Shown: positions 1 to 9,706 of the stretch, one piece after another
How positions within the stretch are numbered: position 1 is the stretch's first letter
Layout of the letters: the number at the start of each line of letters is the position of its first letter
Virus record (IMG/VR): IMGVR_UViG_3300016471_000324
Location: 1 to 40,476 of that record
Strand: one strand, 5' to 3'
Origin: a virus
Taxonomy: Duplodnaviria > Caudoviricetes
DNA length: 40,476 bases
The notes under the pieces: generated by a model
The model's database searches: none
What the model was told of the DNA's origin: nothing
The model's input: only the letters and a program-made list of their open reading frames with translations
Made by a program: the position numbers and the translations under genes

Positions 1-50
1 CGCCGCAGGTGATCGCCGACGACAGTTGGGTGCTGGCGCGTCAGTGGTAA
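1..50 (+). CDS. C-terminal end of tail tubular protein A/adaptor; ORF wraps from 39921..40476
   Basis: Joining window end to start reads ...NAIEL-P-PQVIADDSWVLARQW-TAA in frame (556+50 = 606 nt, 201 aa). Confidence 0.85.
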   Translation, partial: PQVIADDSWVLARQW

Positions 51-68
51 TCGGGCTACGATATCGCC

Positions 69-2333
69 ATGCCGCGCAGCGCCCCCATCTGGAACACCTT
101 TAACGCAGGTGAGCTTTCGCCCCTGATCGACGGCCGCACCGATCAGGAGAAATACTTCGCAGGCTGCAAGCGGCTGCGCAACTTCATCCCCACGGTTCAA
201 GGCCCGGCCGCCCGCCGCGGCGGCACACGCTACCTTGGAGCGACGAAGAGCAATTTGCGCGCGTGGTTCCTCACGTTCGAGTTCAATCAGGCGCAGAGCT
301 ATGTCCTCGAACTCACTAATCAGAAGATGCGCTTTTGGGTCAACCGGGGGCAACTGCTCTCCGGCGGCGTGCCTTACGAGATCGACACGCCTTGGACGGC
401 CGCCAACCTTGTCAGCGAAGAGGGCACGCTCGCGCTGCGATCCGTGCAGAGCGCCGACGTCATGTGGGCGGTGCACTACGAAGGTGCGGTGCGCCCGCAG
501 AAACTCTCGCGCTTGGGTGCGACGAACTGGACCCTTAGCAACGTAGAGTTCGAGAACGGCCCTTTCGAGGATATCGACCCCGACAACCCTGTCACTGTGA
601 CGGCCAGCGGCACGACCGGCACGATCACGCTCACCGCCTCGTCGGCGATCTTCACCGCTGACGATATCGGCACCGCGTTCTACATGGAGCAGAAGGACGC
701 TGCGGGGGTGAAGACGTGGCAGGTGCAAACCGCCACGTCAGGGGGCTCCTACCGCCTCTACGAGGGCAACTACTACCTCGCGACGGGCACGGGCGGCACG
801 GCGCGCACGGGCGCGAAGCCGCCGGTTCACACCGAAGGGCGGGTGTGGGATGGACCGGCAGGCACGTCGGTCGATCTCAACAAATCGGACGGCGACGGGA
901 TTGAGTGGGAGTATCGCCATTCGGGCTACGGGTGGGCGCGGATCACTGCTATCGGCGGAGGCGGCACGACCGCCACCGCGCAAGTCGTGCTCAACAACGG
1001 CCGGCTCCAGCTTCCTAACTCCTTCACCACGACGGGCACGAACCGTTGGGCCAAATCGGCCTTCAGCCAAGCTCGCGGGTGGCCGACGAGCGTGGCCTTC
1101 TTCCGCGAGCGGCTGGTGTATGGGCGCGGCCGCGATCTGTTCTTCTCGGTCGTCGGGGCCTATGACGACTTCTCGCGTCTCGACGGGCCGGATATCACCA
1201 AGGAAACGGCGATCAAACTGACGATCGCAAGCGACAAGCTGGACCTCATTCGGTGGCTCACGCCGAGCGCCGCGCTGCTTATCGGCACGGCGCGCAACGA
1301 GCTTTCGGTGCAGGAGCAGACGACGCAGCAGGTGTTCGCCGCCGATAACGTCACGGCCACGCCGCAGACCGAATACGGCTCCCGGCTGCTCGAACCCATT
1401 CGTGTCGGCAACGCCGTGCTCTTTATCCAGCGCGCAGGGCGCAAGCTGCGCGAGATGATCTACGACTACGCCAGCGACCGCTACAAGGCCGACGATCTCA
1501 CCGTCTTGTCGGAGCACATCGTCGACGCCGGGGTGATCGACATGGATTTCCAGCAGGAGCCGGATAGCATCTTGTGGTGCGCGCTGGCCGACGGCACCTT
1601 GTCGGCTCTTACCTACAACCGCGAGCGCGGCGTCGTGGCGTGGGTGCCTCACGTTATCGGCGGCCCCGGCGCATTCGTCGAGACGGTGGCCTCGATCTCG
1701 TCGCCTGACGGCCGCCGCGACGACGTGTGGTTCGTCGTGCGTCGCACCATCAACGGGAACACGGTGCGCTACGTCGAGGTGCTGGAGGATCACCGCCTGG
1801 CCGAAATCGACACGGCCGATGCGTTCTTCGGCGACGCGGGGATCACCTACGACGGTGCGTCGACCAAGGTGATCGCCGGGCTTGGGCATCTCGAAGGCGA
1901 GATGGTGCAGGTGCTTGCGGACGGCAGCGCCCACGCCGATTGCCTCGTCGCCAGCGGGCAGATCACGCTCAATCGCTTCGCCACGAAGGTGCAGATCGGC
2001 TTCGACAGCGCCGCGCAGCTTCAGACGATGCGGGCAGACGGGGGCACGCAAGACGGCACCGCACAGACCCGCTCGAAGTCGTTCGGGGAGGTGTGGGCGC
2101 GGCTGCACAACACCATCGGGGGCCGTATCGGGCCGAGCTTCGACCGGCTCGACCCGATCCCCGGCCTGAAGCCGGGTAGCCCTGTTGGCACGCGCCCTGC
2201 ACTCTACAGTGGCGACCGCAAAATCGAGTTTCCCGCCGACGTCGGAACTGACGGCTATATTTGTGTCGAATCTTCACCTATGTTGCCGATGACGCTCGTC
2301 ATGCTTTCGGCACGGATGGAAGTGAATGATTGA
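69..2333 (+). CDS. Tail tubular protein B / nozzle (T7 gp12-, P22 gp10-like)
   Basis: 754 aa; N-terminal FNAGELSP...RRGGT, internal WPTSVAFFRERL motif; follows tail tube A. Confidence 0.85.
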   Translation: MPRSAPIWNTFNAGELSPLIDGRTDQEKYFAGCKRLRNFIPTVQGPAARRGGTRYLGATKSNLRAWFLTFEFNQAQSYVLELTNQKMRFWVNRGQLLSGGVPYEIDTPWTAANLVSEEGTLALRSVQSADVMWAVHYEGAVRPQKLSRLGATNWTLSNVEFENGPFEDIDPDNPVTVTASGTTGTITLTASSAIFTADDIGTAFYMEQKDAAGVKTWQVQTATSGGSYRLYEGNYYLATGTGGTARTGAKPPVHTEGRVWDGPAGTSVDLNKSDGDGIEWEYRHSGYGWARITAIGGGGTTATAQVVLNNGRLQLPNSFTTTGTNRWAKSAFSQARGWPTSVAFFRERLVYGRGRDLFFSVVGAYDDFSRLDGPDITKETAIKLTIASDKLDLIRWLTPSAALLIGTARNELSVQEQTTQQVFAADNVTATPQTEYGSRLLEPIRVGNAVLFIQRAGRKLREMIYDYASDRYKADDLTVLSEHIVDAGVIDMDFQQEPDSILWCALADGTLSALTYNRERGVVAWVPHVIGGPGAFVETVASISSPDGRRDDVWFVVRRTINGNTVRYVEVLEDHRLAEIDTADAFFGDAGITYDGASTKVIAGLGHLEGEMVQVLADGSAHADCLVASGQITLNRFATKVQIGFDSAAQLQTMRADGGTQDGTAQTRSKSFGEVWARLHNTIGGRIGPSFDRLDPIPGLKPGSPVGTRPALYSGDRKIEFPADVGTDGYICVESSPMLPMTLVMLSARMEVND

Positions 2334-2748
2334 CCTCATACCTGCTCGGCCTTGGATGGCCGAGCGCTTGCGGCTCCAAGCCGCGCAGCAGATCAGCGGG
2401 CAGGCGATGACGCCCGAGAACGTCGCCATGGCGATCAGCGGCGGCATGGCGCTGGCGGCCGTGGAGGCCGACCGCATCGTCGGCATGGCGGGCATCTACG
2501 AGCGGTGGAGCGGCGTCGGCTTGGCGTGGGCACTCCTGGCCGAAGACTTCAACGACCGGCGGTTCTCGGTTTTCAAGCTCATGAAACGTGCTCTCGACGT
2601 ATCCCCCCTTGTTCGTATAGAAGCGCATGTAGCAGAGGGGCACACCGAAGGGGAGCGCCTGCTCGATCACCTAGGCTTCGAGAGGGAAGGGGTCATGCGC
2701 AAGTTCTGGCAAGAGCGCCACTACAGCCTCTACGCACGGGTGCGCTGA
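2326..2748 (+). CDS. GNAT-fold-like virion-associated protein (T7 gp13 position)
   Basis: 140 aa; RIEAHV...ERLLDHLGFEREGVMRKF resembles GNAT C-terminal motif; between nozzle and ejection genes. Confidence 0.6.
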   Translation: MIDLIPARPWMAERLRLQAAQQISGQAMTPENVAMAISGGMALAAVEADRIVGMAGIYERWSGVGLAWALLAEDFNDRRFSVFKLMKRALDVSPLVRIEAHVAEGHTEGERLLDHLGFEREGVMRKFWQERHYSLYARVR

Positions 2749-3221
2749 TGGCATTTCTGCCCGCAGCCCTCCCGCTTATCGCAGCCGGGGTTTCGGTGCT
2801 CGGCACCGGAGCGTCCGCGCTCGCGTCGGCCAACGCCGCCTCCTATCAGGCTGATCTCGCCAAAGTGCAGGGGCGACAGGCGCAAAACCAAGCCGCAGTG
2901 AAGGCCGGGGAGGTAGCGCGCGAAGGCCGCCAGCGCCTTGCTGCGGCGCGGGCAGGGGCGCTCCAGAACGGCTTCGAGATCACCGGCTCCATGAACGATC
3001 TGCTCGATCAGACGGATCGGCAGGGGCAGCTTGACTACCTCACGGCCGTCTACGACGGTAGCGTGCAGGCCACGGGCGCAAACGCCAGCGCCCGTCTCTA
3101 CCGGAATCAAGCAAAGAACGCGATCATCGGCGGCGTGCTCGGGGCAGGTTCGCAGGCGCTCGGAGGTGTCGCGAACGTCTACCGTGCGCGAGGGGCCAAC
3201 ATCGCAGTGAACGGAACCTGA
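2748..3221 (+). CDS. Small internal virion/ejection protein (gp14-like)
   Basis: ATG overlaps upstream TGA (TGATG); 157 aa, Ala/Gly/Gln-rich with hydrophobic ends. Confidence 0.7.
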   Translation: MAFLPAALPLIAAGVSVLGTGASALASANAASYQADLAKVQGRQAQNQAAVKAGEVAREGRQRLAAARAGALQNGFEITGSMNDLLDQTDRQGQLDYLTAVYDGSVQATGANASARLYRNQAKNAIIGGVLGAGSQALGGVANVYRARGANIAVNGT

Positions 3222-3222
3222 C

Positions 3223-5751
3223 ATGGCACAGTTGCCGACGATCGCTTCGACCGCAGCGCGCCGTATCGCCCCTTCCGCCGATCTGCGCGTGGACGGGGTT
3301 TCGCCCGCCGCGTTCGGCGCGGCCGTGGGCGCGGGGCTTCAGCAGGTAGGCGAGGCGGGCGCTGAAGCCGTGAAGGCGATGCAGCAGTTCGAGCTTGTCA
3401 AGCAGCAGGAAGCGAACCGCCTGGCCGAGTTTGACCGGCAGACGCAGTTCGTGGCCTTCGGCTCCGATCAGGCGACAAAGCTCGAAGAGCAGAGCCGCGA
3501 TCTCACCGGCCCGGCGCAGGATTTCACGAAGACGTTTATGGGCGGCTTCGACGCAGATGCGGCGGCGTTTCTCGAAAAGGTGCCCGAGCGCGATCGCCCG
3601 GCGTGGCAGGCGCGCATGGCGCAGCTTCGCGCGGGCGTGTCGGCCGGAGCCCTGAAAACCGAGTTTGCGCAGCGCGACAGCTACTACAAGACGACCCTCG
3701 CCGACACGCTCGGGAAGCTCCAGAACGGGGCCATGTCGCAGCCCGACAAGCTGGCCGATTGGATGCAACAAGGGGAGCATGTCATCGCTGCCTCGGGCCT
3801 GTCCGCGCAGGATAAGCTCGATTACACGACGAAGTGGAAAGGGGCCGTCGCCGTGGCGGCCGCGCAGGGCGATATCCAGCGCGATCCTGAAGGGGCGATG
3901 GCGCGGCTCGGGGGTATCGACTTCATCGTCTCGGTGGGCGACGGCACGCCAGCCGCCGCAGGGACTATCTCTGGATCGCAGCAAGACGCCATCCGTTCGG
4001 CGGCAAAGCAGCTTGGCGTCACCCCTGTCGAGTTGGCAGCGCTGGCGAGCTACGAGAGCGCGGGCACCATGAAGCCGAGCGTTACCGGCGGCGACGGCAG
4101 CCGTTACGTCGGCATCTTCCAGTTCGGGCCGGAAGAGCAGCGCCGTTATGGCGTCAGCCCCAAGAGCAGCTTCGAGGATCAGGTCAAGGCGCTGGTGCGG
4201 TTCGCGAAGGACCGCGGCTACAAGCCCGGCATGGGGTGGAAGAAGCTCTACACGACCATCAACGCGGGCAATCCGAACGCTTCCGTGAAGGCGGCAGATT
4301 CCAACGGCACGCAGGAAGATCACTACCGGCAGATCGAAGGCACGCACTTCGCGAAGGGGCGGGCGTTCCTCGGCGTGCAGGGCGAAGGGGGTGTGTCGGG
4401 GGAGGGCACGGTCGTCTCGCGCACCGTGGGCACCGGAGAGGTGGACCCGCGCTACGCCGATATCCCGATCGACGCGCGAGTGCAGTTGATCGGCGCGGCC
4501 GAGCGCCAGATCGACCGGCGCGAGCGCGAAGTCGAGGCGGCCGAGGCGCAGGCGCACGACGAATGGCTCAACACCTTCATGACCGATCTCGTCGACGGCA
4601 AGGCGGGCCGCGAAGATATCGAGGCTGCGCGCAAGTCGGGCGCGCTGAAGGACGTCAACGAGATCGTGGCTGCGCTCAACATCGTGGAGGCCCGTGAGAA
4701 GGAAACCGCCGCGCTCGACTTCTACAACGCCGCGACGGCGGGGGGTGGGCAACTCAACCCCTTCGACGAGAACGCGAAGAAGGGGGCGGAGGCCGCCTTT
4801 CAGCAGCAGGTGAAGGTCGCGGGGGCCAACCCGATGCAGGTGGCCGCGAATATCTGGCAGCGTTCCGGTGTGCTGCCAGAGAGCGGTGCGACGATGATCC
4901 GCGGGGCGCTGGTGTCGACCGACCCGAACCGCGTCGCGGCGGGGGCGTCCGTGGCGGCCAACATGCTCCAGCGCAACCCCAACGCCTTCGCAGGAGTGCA
5001 GGGCGGCGATCAGATCGAGAAAGCCGCCGCGCTCTACAGCCACTACGTCAACGATCTCGGCATGACGGCGCAGGACGCGGCGGCTAGGGTGGCGCAGCAG
5101 AACGCGCCAGACGTGAAGCGGCGGCTCGACGTCAACAAGCCGCAACTCGACGCCTTCCGCGCCGATCTGCGCAAGCGCGACGTCGGCAACATCATGTCGA
5201 ACGCGCTCGGCGGGTGGTTCGTTATCGACCCGGATTTCACCGCGCCCGAGCAGATCAACGCGGCCGCGCAGGACTACGCCGATTTCGCGCTCGATCACTA
5301 CGAGAAGAACGGCGATCCGGCTGCGGCCGAAGCCTACGCCGTGCAGCAGATGAAGAAGCTCTACGGCGCGGTCGACGGGCGGATCATGAAGTTCCCGCCG
5401 ACGCGGGCCTATCCGCCTGTCGGCGGAAGCCACAACTATATCTTCGAGCAGGCCGCGGCCGATATCCAGAGCGTGACCGGCCGCAAGATCGACCCGAAGA
5501 ATATCTACCTCATGCCGATCCCAACCGCGACGGCACAGGCGTTCCGCGCTGGCCGCCCCGTCCCCTACGCGGTGCACTATATCGACACTGTGGGGGGCCA
5601 GAAGGTCTACCGCGCGCTGCCGGGCGTGGCCTTTACGGCCGACGTCGCTGCTGCGCAGAAGGGGGCGGGGCGCAAGTTCCAAGACCGTCGCGACATGCAG
5701 CGTTTGACCCAAGAGGTGTTGAACCAGCCGGTGCCCGGAGGGGTGTGGTGA
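3223..5751 (+). CDS. Internal virion/ejection protein with lytic transglycosylase-like domain
   Basis: 842 aa helical protein; AIRSAAKQLGV...LASYESAG...GIFQFG matches lysozyme/SLT ES and GxxQ motifs. Confidence 0.75.
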   Translation: MAQLPTIASTAARRIAPSADLRVDGVSPAAFGAAVGAGLQQVGEAGAEAVKAMQQFELVKQQEANRLAEFDRQTQFVAFGSDQATKLEEQSRDLTGPAQDFTKTFMGGFDADAAAFLEKVPERDRPAWQARMAQLRAGVSAGALKTEFAQRDSYYKTTLADTLGKLQNGAMSQPDKLADWMQQGEHVIAASGLSAQDKLDYTTKWKGAVAVAAAQGDIQRDPEGAMARLGGIDFIVSVGDGTPAAAGTISGSQQDAIRSAAKQLGVTPVELAALASYESAGTMKPSVTGGDGSRYVGIFQFGPEEQRRYGVSPKSSFEDQVKALVRFAKDRGYKPGMGWKKLYTTINAGNPNASVKAADSNGTQEDHYRQIEGTHFAKGRAFLGVQGEGGVSGEGTVVSRTVGTGEVDPRYADIPIDARVQLIGAAERQIDRREREVEAAEAQAHDEWLNTFMTDLVDGKAGREDIEAARKSGALKDVNEIVAALNIVEAREKETAALDFYNAATAGGGQLNPFDENAKKGAEAAFQQQVKVAGANPMQVAANIWQRSGVLPESGATMIRGALVSTDPNRVAAGASVAANMLQRNPNAFAGVQGGDQIEKAAALYSHYVNDLGMTAQDAAARVAQQNAPDVKRRLDVNKPQLDAFRADLRKRDVGNIMSNALGGWFVIDPDFTAPEQINAAAQDYADFALDHYEKNGDPAAAEAYAVQQMKKLYGAVDGRIMKFPPTRAYPPVGGSHNYIFEQAAADIQSVTGRKIDPKNIYLMPIPTATAQAFRAGRPVPYAVHYIDTVGGQKVYRALPGVAFTADVAAAQKGAGRKFQDRRDMQRLTQEVLNQPVPGGVW

Positions 5752-5755
5752 TGTA

Positions 5756-8700
5756 ATGGCGCTCCGACCGCAAGCAGGTGTCCTGCCCGACCTTCTGGCC
5801 CCGCTCGGTGCCGAGCCTATCCCTGAAGAGGGACCGGACCCGCAGGACGTTCCTTCGCCCGGTGCGTGGGACACGCTGAAGGCCGCGTTCCGCACGGAGA
5901 ACATCATCGGTTCGCTGCTCAACGACGACACCCTCACTCTCGATAACACGGTCGAGCAGGGCTACAACCCGTGGGAGGATATCGTCGGCACGAAATACGA
6001 GGACTATTGGGAGAGCTTCACCCGCAGCAATAATCGCCGCTACTCCGAAGCGCTGAAGCGGAAGATCGACGCCGAAGAAGACGACCGGCGCACTATTGCG
6101 GCCGCAGGCGGCTTCGGTATCGCCTCGGCTATCGCAGCCGGTATCCTTGACCCGACGATTCTCATTCCTGTTGGCGGCCAGATCGGCGCGGCGGGCAAGG
6201 CGGGCGGGAGTGCGTGGCGCGTTGGCGCGGGAGCGGCGCGCGGCGCTCGCGCCGCGTTCGTCGGCGTCGGCGCGCAGGAAGCGGTGCTGCAAGCCTCGCA
6301 AGAGCTTCGCACGGCGGAAGAGACGGAGATCGCGCTCGGCGGCTCGATCGTGCTCGGCGGGCTTCTCGGCGGCGTGTTCGGCAGGCTTTCGCGCCCGGAG
6401 CAGATCGCCGCGCAGGACGCGCTGCGCCGTATTCAGGAAATGCCGCTGCCCGGCTCCGCAGGCGCGGCGGCCGTCGAGCGCCTTGGGATCGAAGACCTGA
6501 CGGTGGCGGGCACTGCGGCCGAGCGCCTGGCCGAAGCGACCAAGGCGATCTCGCCGAACCTGCGGTCCAACTTCCGCGAAGCCCCCTCGGCGCGCCAGAT
6601 CGCGCAGGAGCTTGCAGAGAACACCCTCTATCAGACGATGCACGGGGAAGGCCGCTCGCTCGGCGCGGCCGTCGAGACGCAAGCCCGCGTCGCCTTCACG
6701 AGCCGAATGGCCGACGCGGTGCAGGCGCACGAAGCCCTCTACGCCGAGATGAAGAAGGCGGGCTTCAACATGTCGGCCCGTGACTTCGACGAAGCGATCG
6801 GCCGCGCGCTGCGCCGCGGCGACGTCGGCGAGAACGAGTTCATCAGCCGCGCCGCGAAGGCGTGGCGCGAGCGCGTCTTCGAGCCTTTCAAGAATGAGGC
6901 GATCGACCAAGGGCTGCTGCCCGCCGACGTGTCGGTGCGGACGGCCGAGAGCTACCTTAGCCGCTTCTGGAACACCGAGCGGCTGACGGCGCAGGAGCCC
7001 GAGTTCAAGCAGAAGGTGATCGACTACTACAGCGGTCGTCTGCTCGGGGACTACGAAGAGAGCGCGCGCGTGCTCGCCGAGCGCAAAGCCGCGCTCGATC
7101 AGGAAGTCGCCGACCTCCGGCTCGGCCCCGACGACCGTGCGCGCGTTCTCGCCGATCTGGAGAAGCAGGGCGAACGGCTCGACGCCGCCAACTTCGACGA
7201 GATCGAGCAGGTGTCGCGCATCAACGAACTGCGGCGCATCGCCAAGCAGGCGAAAGATTTCGGCGACGTCCGCGGCGAACAGGCGGCCCGCGCCGAGATC
7301 GCGAATATCCAAGAGCAGGGCGGGAAGCGCCTGGCCGAATACCTCAAAGAGCGGGGCAAGCTGCGGAGCCGCGCGCGCAAGGTCGACCTCAACTACGCCG
7401 GTATGGCGGAACGCGCCGACCGTATTCAGGCGTCGATCGACAATATCCAGCAGTCGAATATCCGGGGCGTGCAGCGGCTCGTCTCGCGCGGCCGCACGCT
7501 GGAGAAGGAAGCGCAGCGCCTCGACCCCGACAAGCTGAAGCAGAAGATCAGCGATCTCCGCACCAGCTTCTACCAACTGATCGAGAAGTCGAACCGCGCA
7601 CAGGAACGGCTCAACAAGTCGCTGTCGGAGATGGAGCCGGGCGAGGCTTACGCCAAGCTGGAGAAGCAGGCTGCGGTCGAGCGCGCCCGGCACGAGCAGT
7701 TGAACCGCATCTCCGAACGGCTGGAGGCGGCCGAAGCGCTCGACCCGCACCTCACGCTCGCCGAGCTTCGCGCCTCGATCGACGATATGGTCAAGCAGGT
7801 GTCGGAGGTAGCGCTTGGACGGGGCGAGAAGGTGCAGCGCCTTCGCGAGCGGCTGGCCCGCCTCGACCCGAAGAAGATCGACGGGCGCATTGCGGCTATC
7901 GCCGAGACGAAGGCGCGCATCGAGCGCGAGTTCTACGACCGATGGGAAATCCAGCGTCTCGGGGAGGGCGTCGGCGGGCCAAGGCCGAACTTCGCCGAGC
8001 AAGCGCGCATGATCGCCGACGAGGTGTTCGACAAGCTCACCGGCCGCGCGGCGACGGCGAGTTCGTCGGTCGACCCGACCTATCTGACGGCGATCACGCG
8101 CGGCCCGCTGAAGGATCGCACCTTCAACATTCCCGACGAGATCGTTGAAGAGTTCCTGCACAGCAATATCCGCGAAGTCGGCGATCGCTACGCCCGCACC
8201 ATGGCGGCGGAGATCGAGCTTACGCGCCGCTTCGGCCGCGCCGACATGCGCGATCAGATCGCCGCGATCCGCGAAGAATACCGGGTGCTGCGCGAAGGCG
8301 TGGCGGGGGAAGAGCTTTCCGTCCCTGCGAAGGAAGCCAAGCTGAAGGCCTTGGCCGCAGACGAGAAGGGTGCGATCCGCGATATCGAGGCGATGCGTGA
8401 TCTCGTGCGCGGCACCTACAAGGCGGTCGAGAACGCGAGCAACTACGGCCGCGTCGTGCGGAGCCTCATGGCGTTCAACTATATCCGCTCCATGGGCGGC
8501 GCAGTGATCGCCAACCTCGCCGAAATCTATCGGCCGGCCATGGTGCACGGGCTCGGCCGCTACATGAACCAAGGCATTGCGCCGCTGCTCTCGAACCTCG
8601 ACGCGGTGAAGCTGTCGGTGAAGGAAGCGCGGCTCTCGGGGCAGGTGACAGAGCGCATCCTTCAGCACCGCATGATGACACTCGGCGAGATCGGCGACCC

Positions 8701-9694
8701 CTACCGCTCCGGCACCGCGGTCGAACGGTGGCTCTCGAACGGCGCGCGGATCGGCTCGAAGTGGAACGGCCTCGTCTACTGGACCGATGGCATGAAAGCC
8801 ATCTCGTCGGTGCTGTCGCAGAACCGTATCCTCGAAGCGGTCGTGTCTGGCAAGAAGGACACCCGCCTGCTCGCCTATCTCGGGATCGACGGCGACATGG
8901 CGAACCGCGTCGCCAAGCAGTTTGCGGATCACGGCGACGATCTCGACGGGGTGAAGATCGCCAACACCGAGCGGTGGACCGATCCCGAGGCGGTGCGCGC
9001 CTATCGCGCGGCGGTGTCGAAGGACGTCAGCAGCATCATCGTGACGAAGAGCGTCGGCGACGTGCCGCTCTTCGCCAACACGCCGACCGGCAAGATGATT
9101 ATGCAGTTCCGCAACTACACCTTCGCGGCGCACCAGCGCGTGACGCTGCGGGCCATGCAGGAGGATCAAGCGCAGTTCATCTCCGGCATGATCGGCATGG
9201 CCGCGCTCGGGATGCTCGGCGCTACGCTGCGCTCGTGGCGCGCGGGCGATGATCGCTGGCAGAAGTTCCGCGAGAGCGCCAGCAACCCCGGATATCTTGT
9301 CGGCGAAGGGCTCGATCTCTCCGGTATGTTCGCGTTGCCGATCGAACTCGGCAACACGGTCGAGAAGCTGACGCAGCCGACCGGCTTCAGCTTCAACCCG
9401 ATCAAGACGCCGCTCCTGGCCGCCGGAACGCTGTTCAACCCCGAAGCCTCCATGCAGGGCAACAGCACGCGCTTCGCCAGCCGCGATCCGCTATCCGCGA
9501 TCCTCGGCCCGACCGCTGGCCTTCCTGCCAGTGTCGCCCGAGCGGCCGGTGCACCTGTCAATATTGCTACGGGCGAAGAGGCTTCGCAGAGCCAAGCAAA
9601 CGCTGCGGCCAGCCTCATTCCGTTTTCCTCTTACCTCGGGATGCGAGAAGCGCTACAAGTGCTTGCGGGCGATAGCCCATACATCGGGGAATAA
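5756..9694 (+). CDS. Large internal virion/ejection protein (gp16-like)
   Basis: 1312 aa; Gly/Ala hydrophobic N-terminal segments, long coiled-coil middle; sits before the tail fibre gene. Confidence 0.75.
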   Translation: MALRPQAGVLPDLLAPLGAEPIPEEGPDPQDVPSPGAWDTLKAAFRTENIIGSLLNDDTLTLDNTVEQGYNPWEDIVGTKYEDYWESFTRSNNRRYSEALKRKIDAEEDDRRTIAAAGGFGIASAIAAGILDPTILIPVGGQIGAAGKAGGSAWRVGAGAARGARAAFVGVGAQEAVLQASQELRTAEETEIALGGSIVLGGLLGGVFGRLSRPEQIAAQDALRRIQEMPLPGSAGAAAVERLGIEDLTVAGTAAERLAEATKAISPNLRSNFREAPSARQIAQELAENTLYQTMHGEGRSLGAAVETQARVAFTSRMADAVQAHEALYAEMKKAGFNMSARDFDEAIGRALRRGDVGENEFISRAAKAWRERVFEPFKNEAIDQGLLPADVSVRTAESYLSRFWNTERLTAQEPEFKQKVIDYYSGRLLGDYEESARVLAERKAALDQEVADLRLGPDDRARVLADLEKQGERLDAANFDEIEQVSRINELRRIAKQAKDFGDVRGEQAARAEIANIQEQGGKRLAEYLKERGKLRSRARKVDLNYAGMAERADRIQASIDNIQQSNIRGVQRLVSRGRTLEKEAQRLDPDKLKQKISDLRTSFYQLIEKSNRAQERLNKSLSEMEPGEAYAKLEKQAAVERARHEQLNRISERLEAAEALDPHLTLAELRASIDDMVKQVSEVALGRGEKVQRLRERLARLDPKKIDGRIAAIAETKARIEREFYDRWEIQRLGEGVGGPRPNFAEQARMIADEVFDKLTGRAATASSSVDPTYLTAITRGPLKDRTFNIPDEIVEEFLHSNIREVGDRYARTMAAEIELTRRFGRADMRDQIAAIREEYRVLREGVAGEELSVPAKEAKLKALAADEKGAIRDIEAMRDLVRGTYKAVENASNYGRVVRSLMAFNYIRSMGGAVIANLAEIYRPAMVHGLGRYMNQGIAPLLSNLDAVKLSVKEARLSGQVTERILQHRMMTLGEIGDPYRSGTAVERWLSNGARIGSKWNGLVYWTDGMKAISSVLSQNRILEAVVSGKKDTRLLAYLGIDGDMANRVAKQFADHGDDLDGVKIANTERWTDPEAVRAYRAAVSKDVSSIIVTKSVGDVPLFANTPTGKMIMQFRNYTFAAHQRVTLRAMQEDQAQFISGMIGMAALGMLGATLRSWRAGDDRWQKFRESASNPGYLVGEGLDLSGMFALPIELGNTVEKLTQPTGFSFNPIKTPLLAAGTLFNPEASMQGNSTRFASRDPLSAILGPTAGLPASVARAAGAPVNIATGEEASQSQANAAASLIPFSSYLGMREALQVLAGDSPYIGE

Positions 9695-9706
9695 GGGGCT
9701 ATCGGC

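Noticed and set aside
3124-9169. Very long antisense ORFs (941 aa, 1178 aa; also 867 aa at 34091, 729 aa at 14532, 714 aa at 17132)
   Set aside because: They mirror real genes on the opposite strand; expected shadows of strong GC3 bias, with no motifs or RBS
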